Of a stretch of 64,000 bases of DNA, positions 1-10,522 are shown piece after piece. How positions within the stretch are numbered: position 1 is the first letter of the stretch; every line of letters begins with the position of its first letter. The DNA lies in NCBI RefSeq assembly GCF_001898145.1, contig NZ_MKSR01000023.1, forward strand, positions 61,894-125,893. Reading direction: 5' to 3'. The position numbers and the translations under genes were made by a program. The notes under the pieces were generated by a model. It did not search any database, had not been told where the DNA came from, and saw only the letters and a program-made list of their open reading frames with translations. The DNA comes from Dyadobacter sp. 50-39. GTDB lineage: Bacteria > Bacteroidota > Bacteroidia > Cytophagales > Spirosomataceae.

Positions 1-2
1 TG

Positions 3-2837
3 AATCTTACGGCCCTGAATCTGTACGCCGATTCGTTGCAGGTGAAAGGCAGTATAAAGGTCGATATGCCCTCTACCAATCCCGAGAATCCACTGGGTAC
101 TGTGAACGTCGACAGCCTGGTGCTTACGCATCACCGCAGGCCGGTAGGTATCTCCAATATCAATGTGCAGCTGACCGATTCGAGCGGGGGCAAGCAGGCT
201 AACATCCAATCGCCATTTCTCAGCGCCAAAATGACCGGCCAGTACTCCTATACAGAGCTTGGTGACGCGATATTGACCGAGGTAGGGAAGCATTTCAAAT
301 CACCTGACCTCACTTACAAGGAAGTTACCAAACCGGTCAATTTCGCCCTGGATGCTACGCTTACCAACCACCCGGCCATACAGATTTTCGTCCCTGGAAT
401 TCGGGAGATGAAGACAATCCAGCTGCGTGCGCAAATGGATAATCAGAAAGATTCGTCGCTGGTGGCGCGGTTGAGCGTTCCGATGATCAATTACGACAGT
501 ACCATCGTGGAGCGCGCGTCGGTAGATTTCAGCACGGTGGAAGCCAATGCAGCCTTGAATGCCAATATCGGCTTGCTGAATAGCGGCGGTTTCAGGATGC
601 AGAATGCTTCGCTTGCAAGCCAGATCGTAAATAATAATGTCAGGTTCGATTTCGTAGTGCGCGACTCAGTGAATACCGAGCGCCACGCGGTGAAAGGTAA
701 TCTGGCGGTGAACAACAATCAGTACCGCCTCAACCTGCTTGAAGACGTATTGCTGAATTATGACAAGTGGCAAACCGATTCGTCAGGTTACGTCCAATAT
801 GCATCCGACAGCGTACATGTGAAGAATTTCGCGATCAGTAACGACGGGCAGTCTATCAAAATCAACTCCACTTCGGAAGCGCCGAATAGCCCGCTCGACA
901 TTACCATGTCCAACATTTCCATTGGCCCGCTGATCGAAATCGCTACGCTCGACTCGACTCTCGCAACGGGGACATTGAATGGGAAAGTGTTGCTGAGCGA
1001 TTACATGACCACACCGGTGTATACGGGTGAACTGACGATCAACAACCTGGCCGTAACCAAAATACCGGTAGGTGACCTCTCGCTGAAATCGACCAATGAA
1101 ACCGAGAATCTGATACGCGTCGCGATGTCGTTGGTGAACGATCAGAATGATGTGAGCATCAGGGGCAGTTACAACCTGAAATCCGAGAGCCCGATGGATT
1201 TCAAAATGGATTTGAAAAAGCTCAGCGCCAAAACGATTGAAGCATTCAGCTTTGGAGAACTCAAACGCGCGGAAGGCAACCTCACGGGCGATATCAACAT
1301 TACCGGCGCGACCGAAAGTCCAAAGCTCAACGGGGCCATCAGTTTCGACAACGTGGCCTTCAATGCGACGCAGTTGGGTGCACGGTACTCGCTGGCCGGA
1401 CAAAAGATCCAGTTCAACGGCCAGAACATTAATTTCAATAACTTCACGGTGACTGATTCGCTGAACCAGGCGATGAAGATTAATGGCAATGTGAACATTG
1501 CCAAGCTGCCTGACGTAGGCTATAACCTGACTATTTCCGCTAAGAATTTTAACGTTCTCAATTCCACCCAGAAACAGAATGAACTGTTCTTTGGCAAAGC
1601 CAATATCGACGCCAACCTGACGGTCAAAGGGCAGGGTGCGAAATCCGTGATTGACGGCAACGTGAAGGTAGATCCCGGCAGCAATATCACTGTGGTAATG
1701 CCCAGCGACGCCACCGAAGCAGGCGACGCTACCAAAGGGGTGATTGAGTTTGTGGATATGAGCGACTCTACGCAAGTCGCTAAAAAGGATTCCCTGGAGG
1801 CAGCACAGAATGTAGTCGTCGATTTTGCGTCACAAATTTCGCTGGATATCGATGTGGATGACAAATCGGAGTTCAAAGTGGTGATCGATGAACTGAACGG
1901 CGACAATATCCGGCTTAAAGGAAATGCACAGCTCAATACAGGTATCGCGCCGAACGGCCAGTTGTTCCTCCTGGGCTCCTATGACCTTACCGAAGGCTCC
2001 TACGACCTTACGCTGCAAATCCTGAAAAGGCAATTCCAGATTAAAAAGGGAAGTACGCTGCTCTGGACAGGCGATCCTATGAAAGCGGACTTGGATATCA
2101 CTGCTTCCTATCCAGTAATGGTAGACCCCGGCTCCATTGCCGCCAAATTCCAGGGTGCCAGCAAGATACCTATCGAGGTACAGATCGTGATTACCGGAAA
2201 TCTTTCAACACCTAATATCACGTTCAAGATCGTTCCCGGCGCTTCTATCGACGAGCAGATCAAGAACGATATCATTAACCAGACATTCTGGACCGACATG
2301 ATCAATAATCCGTCGGAAAGCAACAAACAGGCATTTGCATTGCTGATCACTAACAAGTTCATCACCGATCAGTCTACTTCCGGCTTCAATGTCGGGTCCA
2401 GTGCCGAAGCCGTTGCCCGCCAGAGCGTAAGCCAATTGCTGAGCGATCAGCTGAACAACCTGGCTTCGGATCTGATCAAAGGCGTCGACCTGAATATCGG
2501 TGTGAACTCGACTGCCGATCAGGCCACCGGCGCACGCACGGATGTAAACCTCGGATTAAGCAAGGCATTCCTGAACAATCGCCTCAAAGTGTCAGTAGGT
2601 AAGAATTTCGAATTGGAAAGCCGGAACAATGCGGGCAATTCGAATGAGGTGTTCGATAATATCGCCCTTGATTACTCGATCAGCAAGGACGGTCGGTATA
2701 TGTTCCGGGGCTACCGCAAAAACCAGTACCAGTCGATCCTGGAAGGTTTTATCATCGAAACCGGTGTGAGTTTTATCATTACGGCGGACTACGACCTGTT
2801 CCGCGAAATTTTCCAAAAGCAGCGCAATGAGAAGTAA
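3..2837 (+). CDS. tamB: TamB-like translocation/assembly module protein (AsmA/DUF490-type), 5' end cut by the window edge
   Basis: The reading frame is open from base 3 to the stop at 2837 (945 codons). It has N/G/V/D-rich beta-helix-like repeats (GNLTGDINITGATESPKLNGAISFDNVAF) and a TamB-like C-terminal block (LSDQLNNLASDLIKGVDLNIGVNS...RYMFRGYRKNQYQS). It overlaps the downstream Omp85 gene by 11 nt. Confidence 0.7.
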   Translation, partial: NLTALNLYADSLQVKGSIKVDMPSTNPENPLGTVNVDSLVLTHHRRPVGISNINVQLTDSSGGKQANIQSPFLSAKMTGQYSYTELGDAILTEVGKHFKSPDLTYKEVTKPVNFALDATLTNHPAIQIFVPGIREMKTIQLRAQMDNQKDSSLVARLSVPMINYDSTIVERASVDFSTVEANAALNANIGLLNSGGFRMQNASLASQIVNNNVRFDFVVRDSVNTERHAVKGNLAVNNNQYRLNLLEDVLLNYDKWQTDSSGYVQYASDSVHVKNFAISNDGQSIKINSTSEAPNSPLDITMSNISIGPLIEIATLDSTLATGTLNGKVLLSDYMTTPVYTGELTINNLAVTKIPVGDLSLKSTNETENLIRVAMSLVNDQNDVSIRGSYNLKSESPMDFKMDLKKLSAKTIEAFSFGELKRAEGNLTGDINITGATESPKLNGAISFDNVAFNATQLGARYSLAGQKIQFNGQNINFNNFTVTDSLNQAMKINGNVNIAKLPDVGYNLTISAKNFNVLNSTQKQNELFFGKANIDANLTVKGQGAKSVIDGNVKVDPGSNITVVMPSDATEAGDATKGVIEFVDMSDSTQVAKKDSLEAAQNVVVDFASQISLDIDVDDKSEFKVVIDELNGDNIRLKGNAQLNTGIAPNGQLFLLGSYDLTEGSYDLTLQILKRQFQIKKGSTLLWTGDPMKADLDITASYPVMVDPGSIAAKFQGASKIPIEVQIVITGNLSTPNITFKIVPGASIDEQIKNDIINQTFWTDMINNPSESNKQAFALLITNKFITDQSTSGFNVGSSAEAVARQSVSQLLSDQLNNLASDLIKGVDLNIGVNSTADQATGARTDVNLGLSKAFLNNRLKVSVGKNFELESRNNAGNSNEVFDNIALDYSISKDGRYMFRGYRKNQYQSILEGFIIETGVSFIITADYDLFREIFQKQRNEK

Positions 2838-5262
2838 TGTAGGATATATACTGGCGATCTGTATTTTCCTGGGCAGCTGCTCGGTCAATAGATATGTACC
2901 CGAGGGGCAGAGCATTTATGTCGGCAATAAAGTAAATGTGCAGGCCGATACGATTTCAAAACCGAATGTGTCGGGCGTAGCTGATCAGTTGGAAGACCTG
3001 ATTAAACCACCTGCCAACAAGACGATTTTCGGCTTTCCCTGGAAAGTGTGGTTTTACTACTGGATTGGCGAACCGAAAGATGAAGGCGGGCTGCGGAGCT
3101 GGTTCCGCAAAAAGCTCGGCGAGCCTCCCCGGTATGCTACACAACGCATTGTCGACATTAATGCGGCCAATATGGTGGCACACCTCGACAATGAAGGCTA
3201 CTACCGCTCCAACGTGAAAGGGAGGATTGTTCCAAGCAAAAAGAAAAGAAAACGGACCGCCATTACGGAATACAATGCCTACGTAATGCCACGCTATGTG
3301 ATCAATGACATTCAGTACGTCGTCCCCGACAGCTCGCTGTTTAACCGCGACCTTGTTTTAGCCAAACAAAAAACACTATTGAAAAAAGGCGACCCCATCC
3401 GCCTGGAAGCAATCACGACCGAGCGTACGCGCATCGACCAGGAGCTGAAAGGCAAGGGATATTATTATTTCAATCCGGATTACCTGATCGTAAAAGTCGA
3501 TTCCACCATTGGTCGTGCCGACTCCACATTAGGCCCTCAGCAAGTGAACCTGTTCCTGGAAGTAAAAAAGGAAACGGCTCAAACTTCTTTGAAACAATAT
3601 TTTATCAACCGCATTTACGTCAATACAGGCACAGAAGAAAATTCGCTGAACGACTCAACGGGCCTTGCTACGCGCAGTCCGCTACGCCGGGGAATTACGG
3701 TCACCGATCCGGGCAACAATTACAAACGCCGGATATTCTATGACGCGATTGGCTTCCGGAGAGGGAATATGTATACCAATACCATGCACGACGTATCGCT
3801 TCAACGGCTCATTAACCTGCAAAACTTCCGCTTCGTCAAAAACCGCTTCGACCTTGTGCCCCGCTCGGATTCCGCATTGCTGGACGTGCATTATGACCTT
3901 GCTCCGATGAAGAAGAAGTCGTTGCAGACGATACTCTCGGCCAGTACGAAATCCAACAACCTCGGCGGCTCGCAGCTGGACGTGACCTGGCGCCACCGGA
4001 ACTTCTTCCGCGGTGCCGAAATGCTGGCCATCAAAGCTTATTACGGGTTCGATGTCCAGTTGGGCGGCAGCCGTACCACTTCCAACAATATTGGAAACGA
4101 GTACATCCGTTACGGGGCCTCAGCGGACTTGTCCTTTCCGAGGTTTATCATCCCGTTTGTAAGGATCAGGCCGGAGAAAAGCCAGGCTTTGCCTAAGACT
4201 ATTCTTTCAATAAACTATGAAAACCGCATTCAGCGTGATTTTTATACAACACGGTCAATTCGCGGCGAATGGTCATACCTCTGGCGGAAGAACTCCGAGG
4301 TAGAGCACACGTTAACCCCGATTTCCATCAACTTTGTGGAGCCGAGAAATATCAATTATGAAACCTATGACAAGATTATTTTCGATCCTGATACGAACCC
4401 CCTGGATGTAGACCGGTATTTAAGGATACTGGAAACAAAATACCTGATCATGGGGTCTAATTATTCTATTTCCTACCGGCCAACACCGAGACCTTTTGCC
4501 AGAAATCAGTTTGCGCTGAGCGGAGGTATTGACTACGGTGGCAACCTGCTAGGTCTGATCGCTAAGAAAGCGGAGGCTGACAGTATCCCGCGAGAGATCT
4601 TCGGCGTGCCCGTGTTCCAATACATTAAATTAGATGGTGACGTAAGATATTACCGCACGATCACTCCTTCCATCAAATGGGCAAACCGTATTCTTTTAGG
4701 GGCTATCAAGCCCTACGGCAATTCCAAGAATATGCAGACTCCGCTATTCAAGCAATATTTCGGAGGCGGAAGTACCGGTATTAGAGCATTCAGGGCCAGG
4801 TCGCTCGGTCCCGGTGCACATCATGCGGACACGACCTCTGTTGAATTATTTGGTTATCAGAGCTTTGGAGACATCAGAATGGAATTCAATTCAGAAATTC
4901 GAATGAAATTCACGAACATCATTAACGGAGCCATTTTCATGGATGCGGGAAATATCTGGTCGTTTGGCGACAGTACACGCGCCGGATACCCAGGCACCGC
5001 GCTGATCAGTAATAACTTTTTGAAACAGGTAGCCGTCGGCGGTGGCATCGGCCTGCGGCTCGACTTCTCTTACCTTATTTTCCGGCTCGACCTCGCCACA
5101 CCATTCAGGAAACCGTGGTATGTCAGTGAGGTCAAAAATGTAAGTGATGAAGGTGTTGTGGAATACAAAAATCCTTGGGTTTTTAACGAGATTAATTTCG
5201 GAAGCAAAGCTTGGCGAAAGGAGAATTTAATATTAAATATCGCCGTCGGACTTCCGTTTTAA
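2827..5262 (+). CDS. Omp85 (BamA/TamA) family outer-membrane protein, probable partner of the TamB-like protein
   Basis: The ORF is 811 aa with a lipoprotein-like N-terminus (ICIFLGSCS). C-terminal barrel motifs are GGGSTGIRAFRARSLGPG and FMDAGNIW, and the protein ends in an aromatic F. The start overlaps the tamB-like stop. Confidence 0.8.
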   Translation: MRSNVGYILAICIFLGSCSVNRYVPEGQSIYVGNKVNVQADTISKPNVSGVADQLEDLIKPPANKTIFGFPWKVWFYYWIGEPKDEGGLRSWFRKKLGEPPRYATQRIVDINAANMVAHLDNEGYYRSNVKGRIVPSKKKRKRTAITEYNAYVMPRYVINDIQYVVPDSSLFNRDLVLAKQKTLLKKGDPIRLEAITTERTRIDQELKGKGYYYFNPDYLIVKVDSTIGRADSTLGPQQVNLFLEVKKETAQTSLKQYFINRIYVNTGTEENSLNDSTGLATRSPLRRGITVTDPGNNYKRRIFYDAIGFRRGNMYTNTMHDVSLQRLINLQNFRFVKNRFDLVPRSDSALLDVHYDLAPMKKKSLQTILSASTKSNNLGGSQLDVTWRHRNFFRGAEMLAIKAYYGFDVQLGGSRTTSNNIGNEYIRYGASADLSFPRFIIPFVRIRPEKSQALPKTILSINYENRIQRDFYTTRSIRGEWSYLWRKNSEVEHTLTPISINFVEPRNINYETYDKIIFDPDTNPLDVDRYLRILETKYLIMGSNYSISYRPTPRPFARNQFALSGGIDYGGNLLGLIAKKAEADSIPREIFGVPVFQYIKLDGDVRYYRTITPSIKWANRILLGAIKPYGNSKNMQTPLFKQYFGGGSTGIRAFRARSLGPGAHHADTTSVELFGYQSFGDIRMEFNSEIRMKFTNIINGAIFMDAGNIWSFGDSTRAGYPGTALISNNFLKQVAVGGGIGLRLDFSYLIFRLDLATPFRKPWYVSEVKNVSDEGVVEYKNPWVFNEINFGSKAWRKENLILNIAVGLPF

Positions 5263-5268
5263 CGCGCG

Positions 5269-5679
5269 TTATCGTATTTCCTGACAAAGCTCGATCAACA
5301 CGCCATTTGCACTTCTAGGATGCACAAAGCAAACGAGTTTATTATCGGCGCCTGGCTTGGGCACTTCATTCAGTAATGTAAATCCTGCATTGCGAAGGCG
5401 TTCCATTTCGGCAAGAATATCCTCCACCTCGAAGGCAATGTGGTGAATGCCCTCGCCCTTTTTTTCGATAAAGCGGGCAATGGCGCTATCCGGGCTGGTG
5501 GCTTCCAGCAGCTCGATTTTGGTTTGATTTACCTTAAAAAAAACAGTCGCAACGTGCTCGGATTCCACAGCCTCTCGCTTATAAGGCTCCGAATTAAGCA
5601 ACGCGGAATAAACAACCTCAGCCGCCACAAGATCCGCAACAGCAATCCCGATATGTTCTACATTATTCATCATTGACAT
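5269..5679 (-). CDS. mce: methylmalonyl-CoA epimerase (VOC/glyoxalase fold)
   Basis: The ORF is 136 aa. VEHIGIAVADL and GEGIHHIAFEV match the epimerase metal-binding half-sites. Confidence 0.8.
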   Translation of the reverse strand: MSMMNNVEHIGIAVADLVAAEVVYSALLNSEPYKREAVESEHVATVFFKVNQTKIELLEATSPDSAIARFIEKKGEGIHHIAFEVEDILAEMERLRNAGFTLLNEVPKPGADNKLVCFVHPRSANGVLIELCQEIR

Positions 5680-5699
5680 ACATCATTACCCGCGTCCCC

Positions 5700-5739
5700 C
5701 ATTCACTCATTCAATCATTCACTCATTCACTCATTACTT
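5700..5739. repeat. 8-bp tandem repeat CATTCACT, about 4.5 copies, filling the rsgA-mce spacer
   Basis: Direct reading gives cattcact cattcaat cattcact cattcact cattactt. The last unit contains the rsgA stop codon (5734-5736). Confidence 0.85.
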
Positions 5740-6669
5740 CCGGTTATCATCGCCTGCCATCATACTCAGGTAGCTCTCAAAACGGCTCAGCGCGATCTTC
5801 CCTTCGGAAACGGCGTCCTTCACCGCGCAGCCTGGCTCATTGATATGCTGGCAGTTATTGAAGCGGCATTGGTTCAGTAAATCGCGCATTTCAGGAAAGT
5901 AGTGACTGATCTCCTCCCTTTCGATATCGGCCAGCCCAAGTTCTTTGATACCCGGCGAATCGATGATAAATGTACCTTTCTCCAACTCAAACATTTCCGC
6001 GAAAGTGGTGGTGTGCACGCCCTTGTTCGCAAATGTGGAAACTTCCTGGGTTTTGATATCCAGGTTGGGCGCGATCGCATTCACCAGCGTGGATTTCCCC
6101 ACGCCCGAATGACCGGAGAGCAGCGATACCTTTCCATTTAGCAAGGTTTTGAACTCATTCAGGCCTTCCTTCGCCAAGGCAGTGGTGGCGAGGCATCGGT
6201 AGCCCAGGCCGGTATAGAGCTCCATCAGCTCGCCCTGGAAATCCTTCATTTCGTCGTTCAGCAGGTCCTGTTTGTTGAAAACCAGCACACCAGGAATGCG
6301 AAACGATTCGATGGCTACGAGGAAACGGTCGATGAAACCCAGTGAAGTGCGCGGGAACACCAATGTGCAGATCAGTATCGCCTGATCCACATTTGCGGCA
6401 ATCAGGTGTGCATGAGCGGTTTTATGCACCGAGCGCCGGATCACATAATTCTCCCTCGGCACGATCTCGTGGATAATACCGAAGTTCTCGCCTTCATTCT
6501 CTATCTCGAAGTCGACATAGTCACCGACCGCGATCGGATTGGTAACTTTCAAGCCCAACGCCTTGAATTTCCCTTTCAGCCGGCACTGCCATATGTGCCC
6601 GTCCCTGCTGTCCCTGACGTCGTACCACGAACCGGTCGAACGAAGCACCAAACCCCTTATTAAACCCAT
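5734..6669 (-). CDS. rsgA: ribosome small-subunit-dependent GTPase A
   Basis: The P-loop is GHSGVGKSTLVN and the zinc knuckle is CRFNNCQHINEPGCAV. The ORF extends to 6720, but the ATG at 6669 (MGLIRGLVLRSTGSWYDV) matches the usual N-terminus. Confidence 0.9.
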   Translation of the reverse strand: MGLIRGLVLRSTGSWYDVRDSRDGHIWQCRLKGKFKALGLKVTNPIAVGDYVDFEIENEGENFGIIHEIVPRENYVIRRSVHKTAHAHLIAANVDQAILICTLVFPRTSLGFIDRFLVAIESFRIPGVLVFNKQDLLNDEMKDFQGELMELYTGLGYRCLATTALAKEGLNEFKTLLNGKVSLLSGHSGVGKSTLVNAIAPNLDIKTQEVSTFANKGVHTTTFAEMFELEKGTFIIDSPGIKELGLADIEREEISHYFPEMRDLLNQCRFNNCQHINEPGCAVKDAVSEGKIALSRFESYLSMMAGDDNRK

Positions 6670-7012
6670 TGCTCTTTGTTTTGGAATCAGCGAATTTAAA
6701 AGGACTTTGCCAGAAGTCACTAAAAATTGGCCGGGAAGTCAAAAGCAGCCCCAAAACAAGTAGTTTTCCAGCCTCCGTGATTTTTTAATCCCGATGCGTA
6801 TAACTATGTCCTTCAAGCTTAAAAATCCCCGTTTGTGACTGCTTTGCTAATTAAGAAACGTTTGGCCGATCGCCCGTTCTGCTAAATATTTCACAACAAA
6901 TAATAATATTTTTTAAAATCCCTCCCGAATTTTCTGATTATTTCCTACATTAGTACACCCAATCATAAAGAAAATTAAAAACATCATCCTATAATTATTT
7001 TTACTCCGCATA

Positions 7013-8236
7013 ATGGACTTAGTGGCAGAAGAACCGAGTTCGGTCATTGATATTCGTAAAAATCGCATTAGAAGCAGCCTCCTGCTGCATCTATATCAAT
7101 CGGGCGACACTTCCATTAACAAAATGGCCAAGTTGTTCCATGCGAGTATCCCGTCCGCGACCGGAATTGTAAATGACCTGATGCGGGAAGGCTGGATTGC
7201 GGAAACCGGCACCGGCCCCGCAAGAGCCGGTCGTCCACCGGTACTCTACGGGCTGAATGCAAAAAAGTACCTGAACCTGATCATGGACATTAACCGCCAT
7301 GATACGCAGCTCTGCATATTTGACCTGCACAACCAGCTGATCCTCAAAAGAAAAGTTGATATACGCCTTGATGACTCCTCCAACTTCCTGGAAGAACTTT
7401 TCGCGTCGACCGATGATTTCCTGAAATCCAACAATATCAGCCGCAGCAAATTGTGGGGCATCGGCGTTTCAATGCCCGGGCTGATCAACTCTTCACAGGG
7501 TATTAATTTAACTTACCTCAACCTGACACCTCCGGGTGTGCCGCTGGTAACGTACCTCAAAGAGCATTTTAACCTTCCTGTCTGCCTGTTCAACGATACG
7601 AAGGCAACCACAATCGGTGAACACCGCTTTGGCTATGCCGTGGATAAATCACAGGTACTGACGATCAATATCGACTGGGGCGTAGGTCTCGGTATCATTA
7701 TCAATGGAGAGGTTTTCAACGGAGCATCCGGCTTTGCGGGAGAGCTGGGGCATATCCAGGTGAAACCCGACGGGCTGCTTTGCCATTGCGGAAAAGTGGG
7801 CTGTCTGGATACGATTACGTCGGCCATCGCGCTGATCCGCCAGGCTAAGGAAGGTATCAACAGCGGCCGGGCAACTATCCTCAAACAGATCGTAAACGGC
7901 AACCTCGATTTGCTTGAAACTTCGCATATCATCGAAGCGGTGCATGCCGGAGACGAGTTTTCCATCGACCTGCTGAGCACGGTTGGTACGGAGCTGGGCA
8001 AGGGATTGGCTACGGCAGTGCATTTGTTCAACCCGGAAGTGATTATCGTGGGTGGTTTGCTGGCAGAAGCGGGGCCGTTCATTTCCAACCCCATTGAGCA
8101 GGCGATTAATAAATATTGCTTGTCAGACTTCAAAAACCCGCTGTCGATCCATATCTCGAAGCTGGGTGCCAAAGCGCGTTTGCTCGGCACACAGGCTTAC
8201 CTGTTCGACAATCTGATAGCGAAGGAATTCTCCTGA
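7013..8236 (+). CDS. ROK family transcriptional regulator/sugar kinase-like protein
   Basis: It has an N-terminal winged-helix region and the ROK signature GFAGELGHIQV...CHCGKVGCLDT. Confidence 0.85.
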   Translation: MDLVAEEPSSVIDIRKNRIRSSLLLHLYQSGDTSINKMAKLFHASIPSATGIVNDLMREGWIAETGTGPARAGRPPVLYGLNAKKYLNLIMDINRHDTQLCIFDLHNQLILKRKVDIRLDDSSNFLEELFASTDDFLKSNNISRSKLWGIGVSMPGLINSSQGINLTYLNLTPPGVPLVTYLKEHFNLPVCLFNDTKATTIGEHRFGYAVDKSQVLTINIDWGVGLGIIINGEVFNGASGFAGELGHIQVKPDGLLCHCGKVGCLDTITSAIALIRQAKEGINSGRATILKQIVNGNLDLLETSHIIEAVHAGDEFSIDLLSTVGTELGKGLATAVHLFNPEVIIVGGLLAEAGPFISNPIEQAINKYCLSDFKNPLSIHISKLGAKARLLGTQAYLFDNLIAKEFS

Positions 8237-8271
8237 TATTTCGAAAGCTGATGGTGCATTGGTATGCACCG

Positions 8272-9528
8272 TCAGCTCATTGCTTCTTGCACTTTCCGCA
8301 TAATCCGGTCGGTAGCACCTGTTCCTGACTTTACATATTCGCTGCTTATTTCGCCAGCCATATCAGCCGACTCGGGGTTATCCACCCACCCTTGCAATGT
8401 CTGCAACAGTGCAGCGGAATCCGGGATAGCGAAAGCCCCTCCTTTTTCTATCAAATCAACGGCCTCCTGAAACCGGTGATAGCTTTTGTTTCCGAAAACA
8501 ATCGGCAAACCGAATGTCGCGGCTTCGAGGATGTTGTGCAAGCCTACCCCGAATGAACCTCCGATATAGGCCATATCGCCATAACGGTACAGCGACGACA
8601 GCATACCGATATTATTGATAATCAGACAATCGAAGGTCTCCGGACTCTGGCCTGCGGCAACTTCTGAATACAATATGGAACGACCGTTCAATTTAGCGCG
8701 CCAGCCTTCGATTTCCTCGGCCCTGATCTCATGCGGGGCAATGATCACCTTCAATTTACCAGTCAATGCATTCAGCGCCGGAATAAGTGCTTGCATATCC
8801 GCGTCCCATATCGACCCGGCGATTAGACACTGGCCTTGGCCCTTGAAACGCGCTATTTCCTGCAGTTCCCGCGCATTAGCCGCGATCGCGCGCACACGGT
8901 CGAAACGCGTGTCACCCGCAATGCTGGCATTTGGAATGCCCGCGCCATGAAGCAATGCCACCGAAGCCTGGTTCTGCACGAATAAATGGTCGAAATAACC
9001 CAGCGTTCTCCTGAAAAACCCGCCATAAGACTTGAAAAAGATCTGATCAGGGCGAAAAATGGAGGAGAAGGAAAGTATATAAGTCCCGTTCTTCCGTAGT
9101 TCGCGTAAATAGTTAAACCAGAACTCGTATTTGACAAAAAAGGCAATGCGCGGGTTGATAATTCTCACAAATTCCCGTGCGTTGGAAGGCGTATCAATGG
9201 GCAGGTAGCAGATCAGGTCGGCGCCATTGTAATTCTTACGGATTTCGTAACCCGAAGGAGAAAAAAAGGTAAGCAGAATAAAATGGCCGGGATAAGCATC
9301 CCGGTAAGCTTCCATCACGGGCCGACCCTGCTCGAATTCACCGAGCGATGCCACGTGAAACCACGCCACCGGCCTGCCCGCCGCCTGTGCCGGCAACGAC
9401 GCGCGGAGGCGATCCAGCAGGCCTTTCCGACCCTCTGTTCCAAGCTTTAATTTATGATTGAAAGGTGCAACGAACCGGATGAGAAATGCGAAAACCTGAA
9501 TAGCGATCTGATAAATGATTTTCACCAA
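8272..9528 (-). CDS. waaA: 3-deoxy-D-manno-octulosonic acid (Kdo) transferase
   Basis: The ORF is 418 aa with an N-terminal membrane anchor. WFHVASLGEFEQGRPV is the characteristic WaaA/KdtA motif. Confidence 0.85.
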   Translation of the reverse strand: MVKIIYQIAIQVFAFLIRFVAPFNHKLKLGTEGRKGLLDRLRASLPAQAAGRPVAWFHVASLGEFEQGRPVMEAYRDAYPGHFILLTFFSPSGYEIRKNYNGADLICYLPIDTPSNAREFVRIINPRIAFFVKYEFWFNYLRELRKNGTYILSFSSIFRPDQIFFKSYGGFFRRTLGYFDHLFVQNQASVALLHGAGIPNASIAGDTRFDRVRAIAANARELQEIARFKGQGQCLIAGSIWDADMQALIPALNALTGKLKVIIAPHEIRAEEIEGWRAKLNGRSILYSEVAAGQSPETFDCLIINNIGMLSSLYRYGDMAYIGGSFGVGLHNILEAATFGLPIVFGNKSYHRFQEAVDLIEKGGAFAIPDSAALLQTLQGWVDNPESADMAGEISSEYVKSGTGATDRIMRKVQEAMS

Positions 9529-9748
9529 AGAAGACTGATTAAAAGGACATTAGAAAGGCAACAAACCACCGGCATTTTAGCGCATTAGAGACCACCGGCA
9601 GGCTTTTTTGGTTCTTTTTTCGTTTAAAGAACATAAATGTACAAAAAACCGTTAAAGTGGTGTCGATATACAGAAGCATACGCTATTATTTTGTACTTTC
9701 ACTGTTCATACGACACATACACATTCACAGGGAATTTATAATAATAAT

Positions 9749-10504
9749 ATGATGCGTGTAAAACTTTTACTTTCAGTAGCTATTCTGTTTGCACTATCGA
9801 CAGAGATATACGCTCAGCGCAGGTCTGTGAAGAATGAGGACGCCGAGGAAACTTATAAATCATTTACCTCTGTGGGTATCACCACCAATACCAACTCCGG
9901 CATTCTCGGAGGTGCGGTATTTCGCCAGTCGTCGGCCATTGGATCCAAAATGTTTGGAAAAAATGCCTACCGCTACCTGGCACTCGAACTCGTGAATGTG
10001 AAGCATCCGAAAGAACTTTCCACACAGGATTTTGTAACGGGCGCAAGGCTGGTGTACGGCAAACAGAACTATCTGTTTGTACTGCGCCCCGAATACGGTC
10101 GTGAAATAGCACTGTTCAGCCGGCAGGACGACGAAGGCATTTCGATCAGCGGGATCCTCGCGGCAGGCCCTTCGCTTGGGTTCGAAAAGCCTTACATGGT
10201 ACAGTACCAGGGTTCCGACGGCCGCGTAACAACGCAACCGTTTGATCCGAACAGGGCGGGTGACATTATCGGCGCAGGCAGCTTTTTCCAGGGTTTCGGA
10301 AAATCGAAAGTAGTACCCGGCCTGCATATCAAAACCGCGATGAGCTTTGAGCTGAGCGCATTCCGGGACAATGTGACCGGCGTCGAAGTCGGTATCATCG
10401 CCGAAGCATTTTCAAGAAAAATTACGATTATGGCGGATGCGCAGAATAAGGCCTTTTTTACATCCGGATACCTGACCCTTTATTTTGGAAGTAAGAAAAG
10501 ATAA
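9749..10504 (+). CDS. hypothetical outer-membrane beta-barrel protein
   Basis: It has a signal peptide (LLLSVAILFALSTEIYAQ), alternating hydrophobic beta-strand patterns and a C-terminal LTLYFGSKKR. No family was recognised. Confidence 0.5.
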   Translation: MMRVKLLLSVAILFALSTEIYAQRRSVKNEDAEETYKSFTSVGITTNTNSGILGGAVFRQSSAIGSKMFGKNAYRYLALELVNVKHPKELSTQDFVTGARLVYGKQNYLFVLRPEYGREIALFSRQDDEGISISGILAAGPSLGFEKPYMVQYQGSDGRVTTQPFDPNRAGDIIGAGSFFQGFGKSKVVPGLHIKTAMSFELSAFRDNVTGVEVGIIAEAFSRKITIMADAQNKAFFTSGYLTLYFGSKKR

Positions 10505-10522
10505 TTACCATTTCAGATTAAT

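Noticed and set aside
783-1775. A 330-aa minus-strand ORF, and several smaller ones, lie within the TamB-like gene.
   Set aside because: They are antisense to a long ORF with a consistent repeat architecture. No motifs were recognised, and similar antisense ORFs recur throughout this window (10574-11416 opposite lipA; 14522-15244 and 16184-16705 opposite the RND pump).
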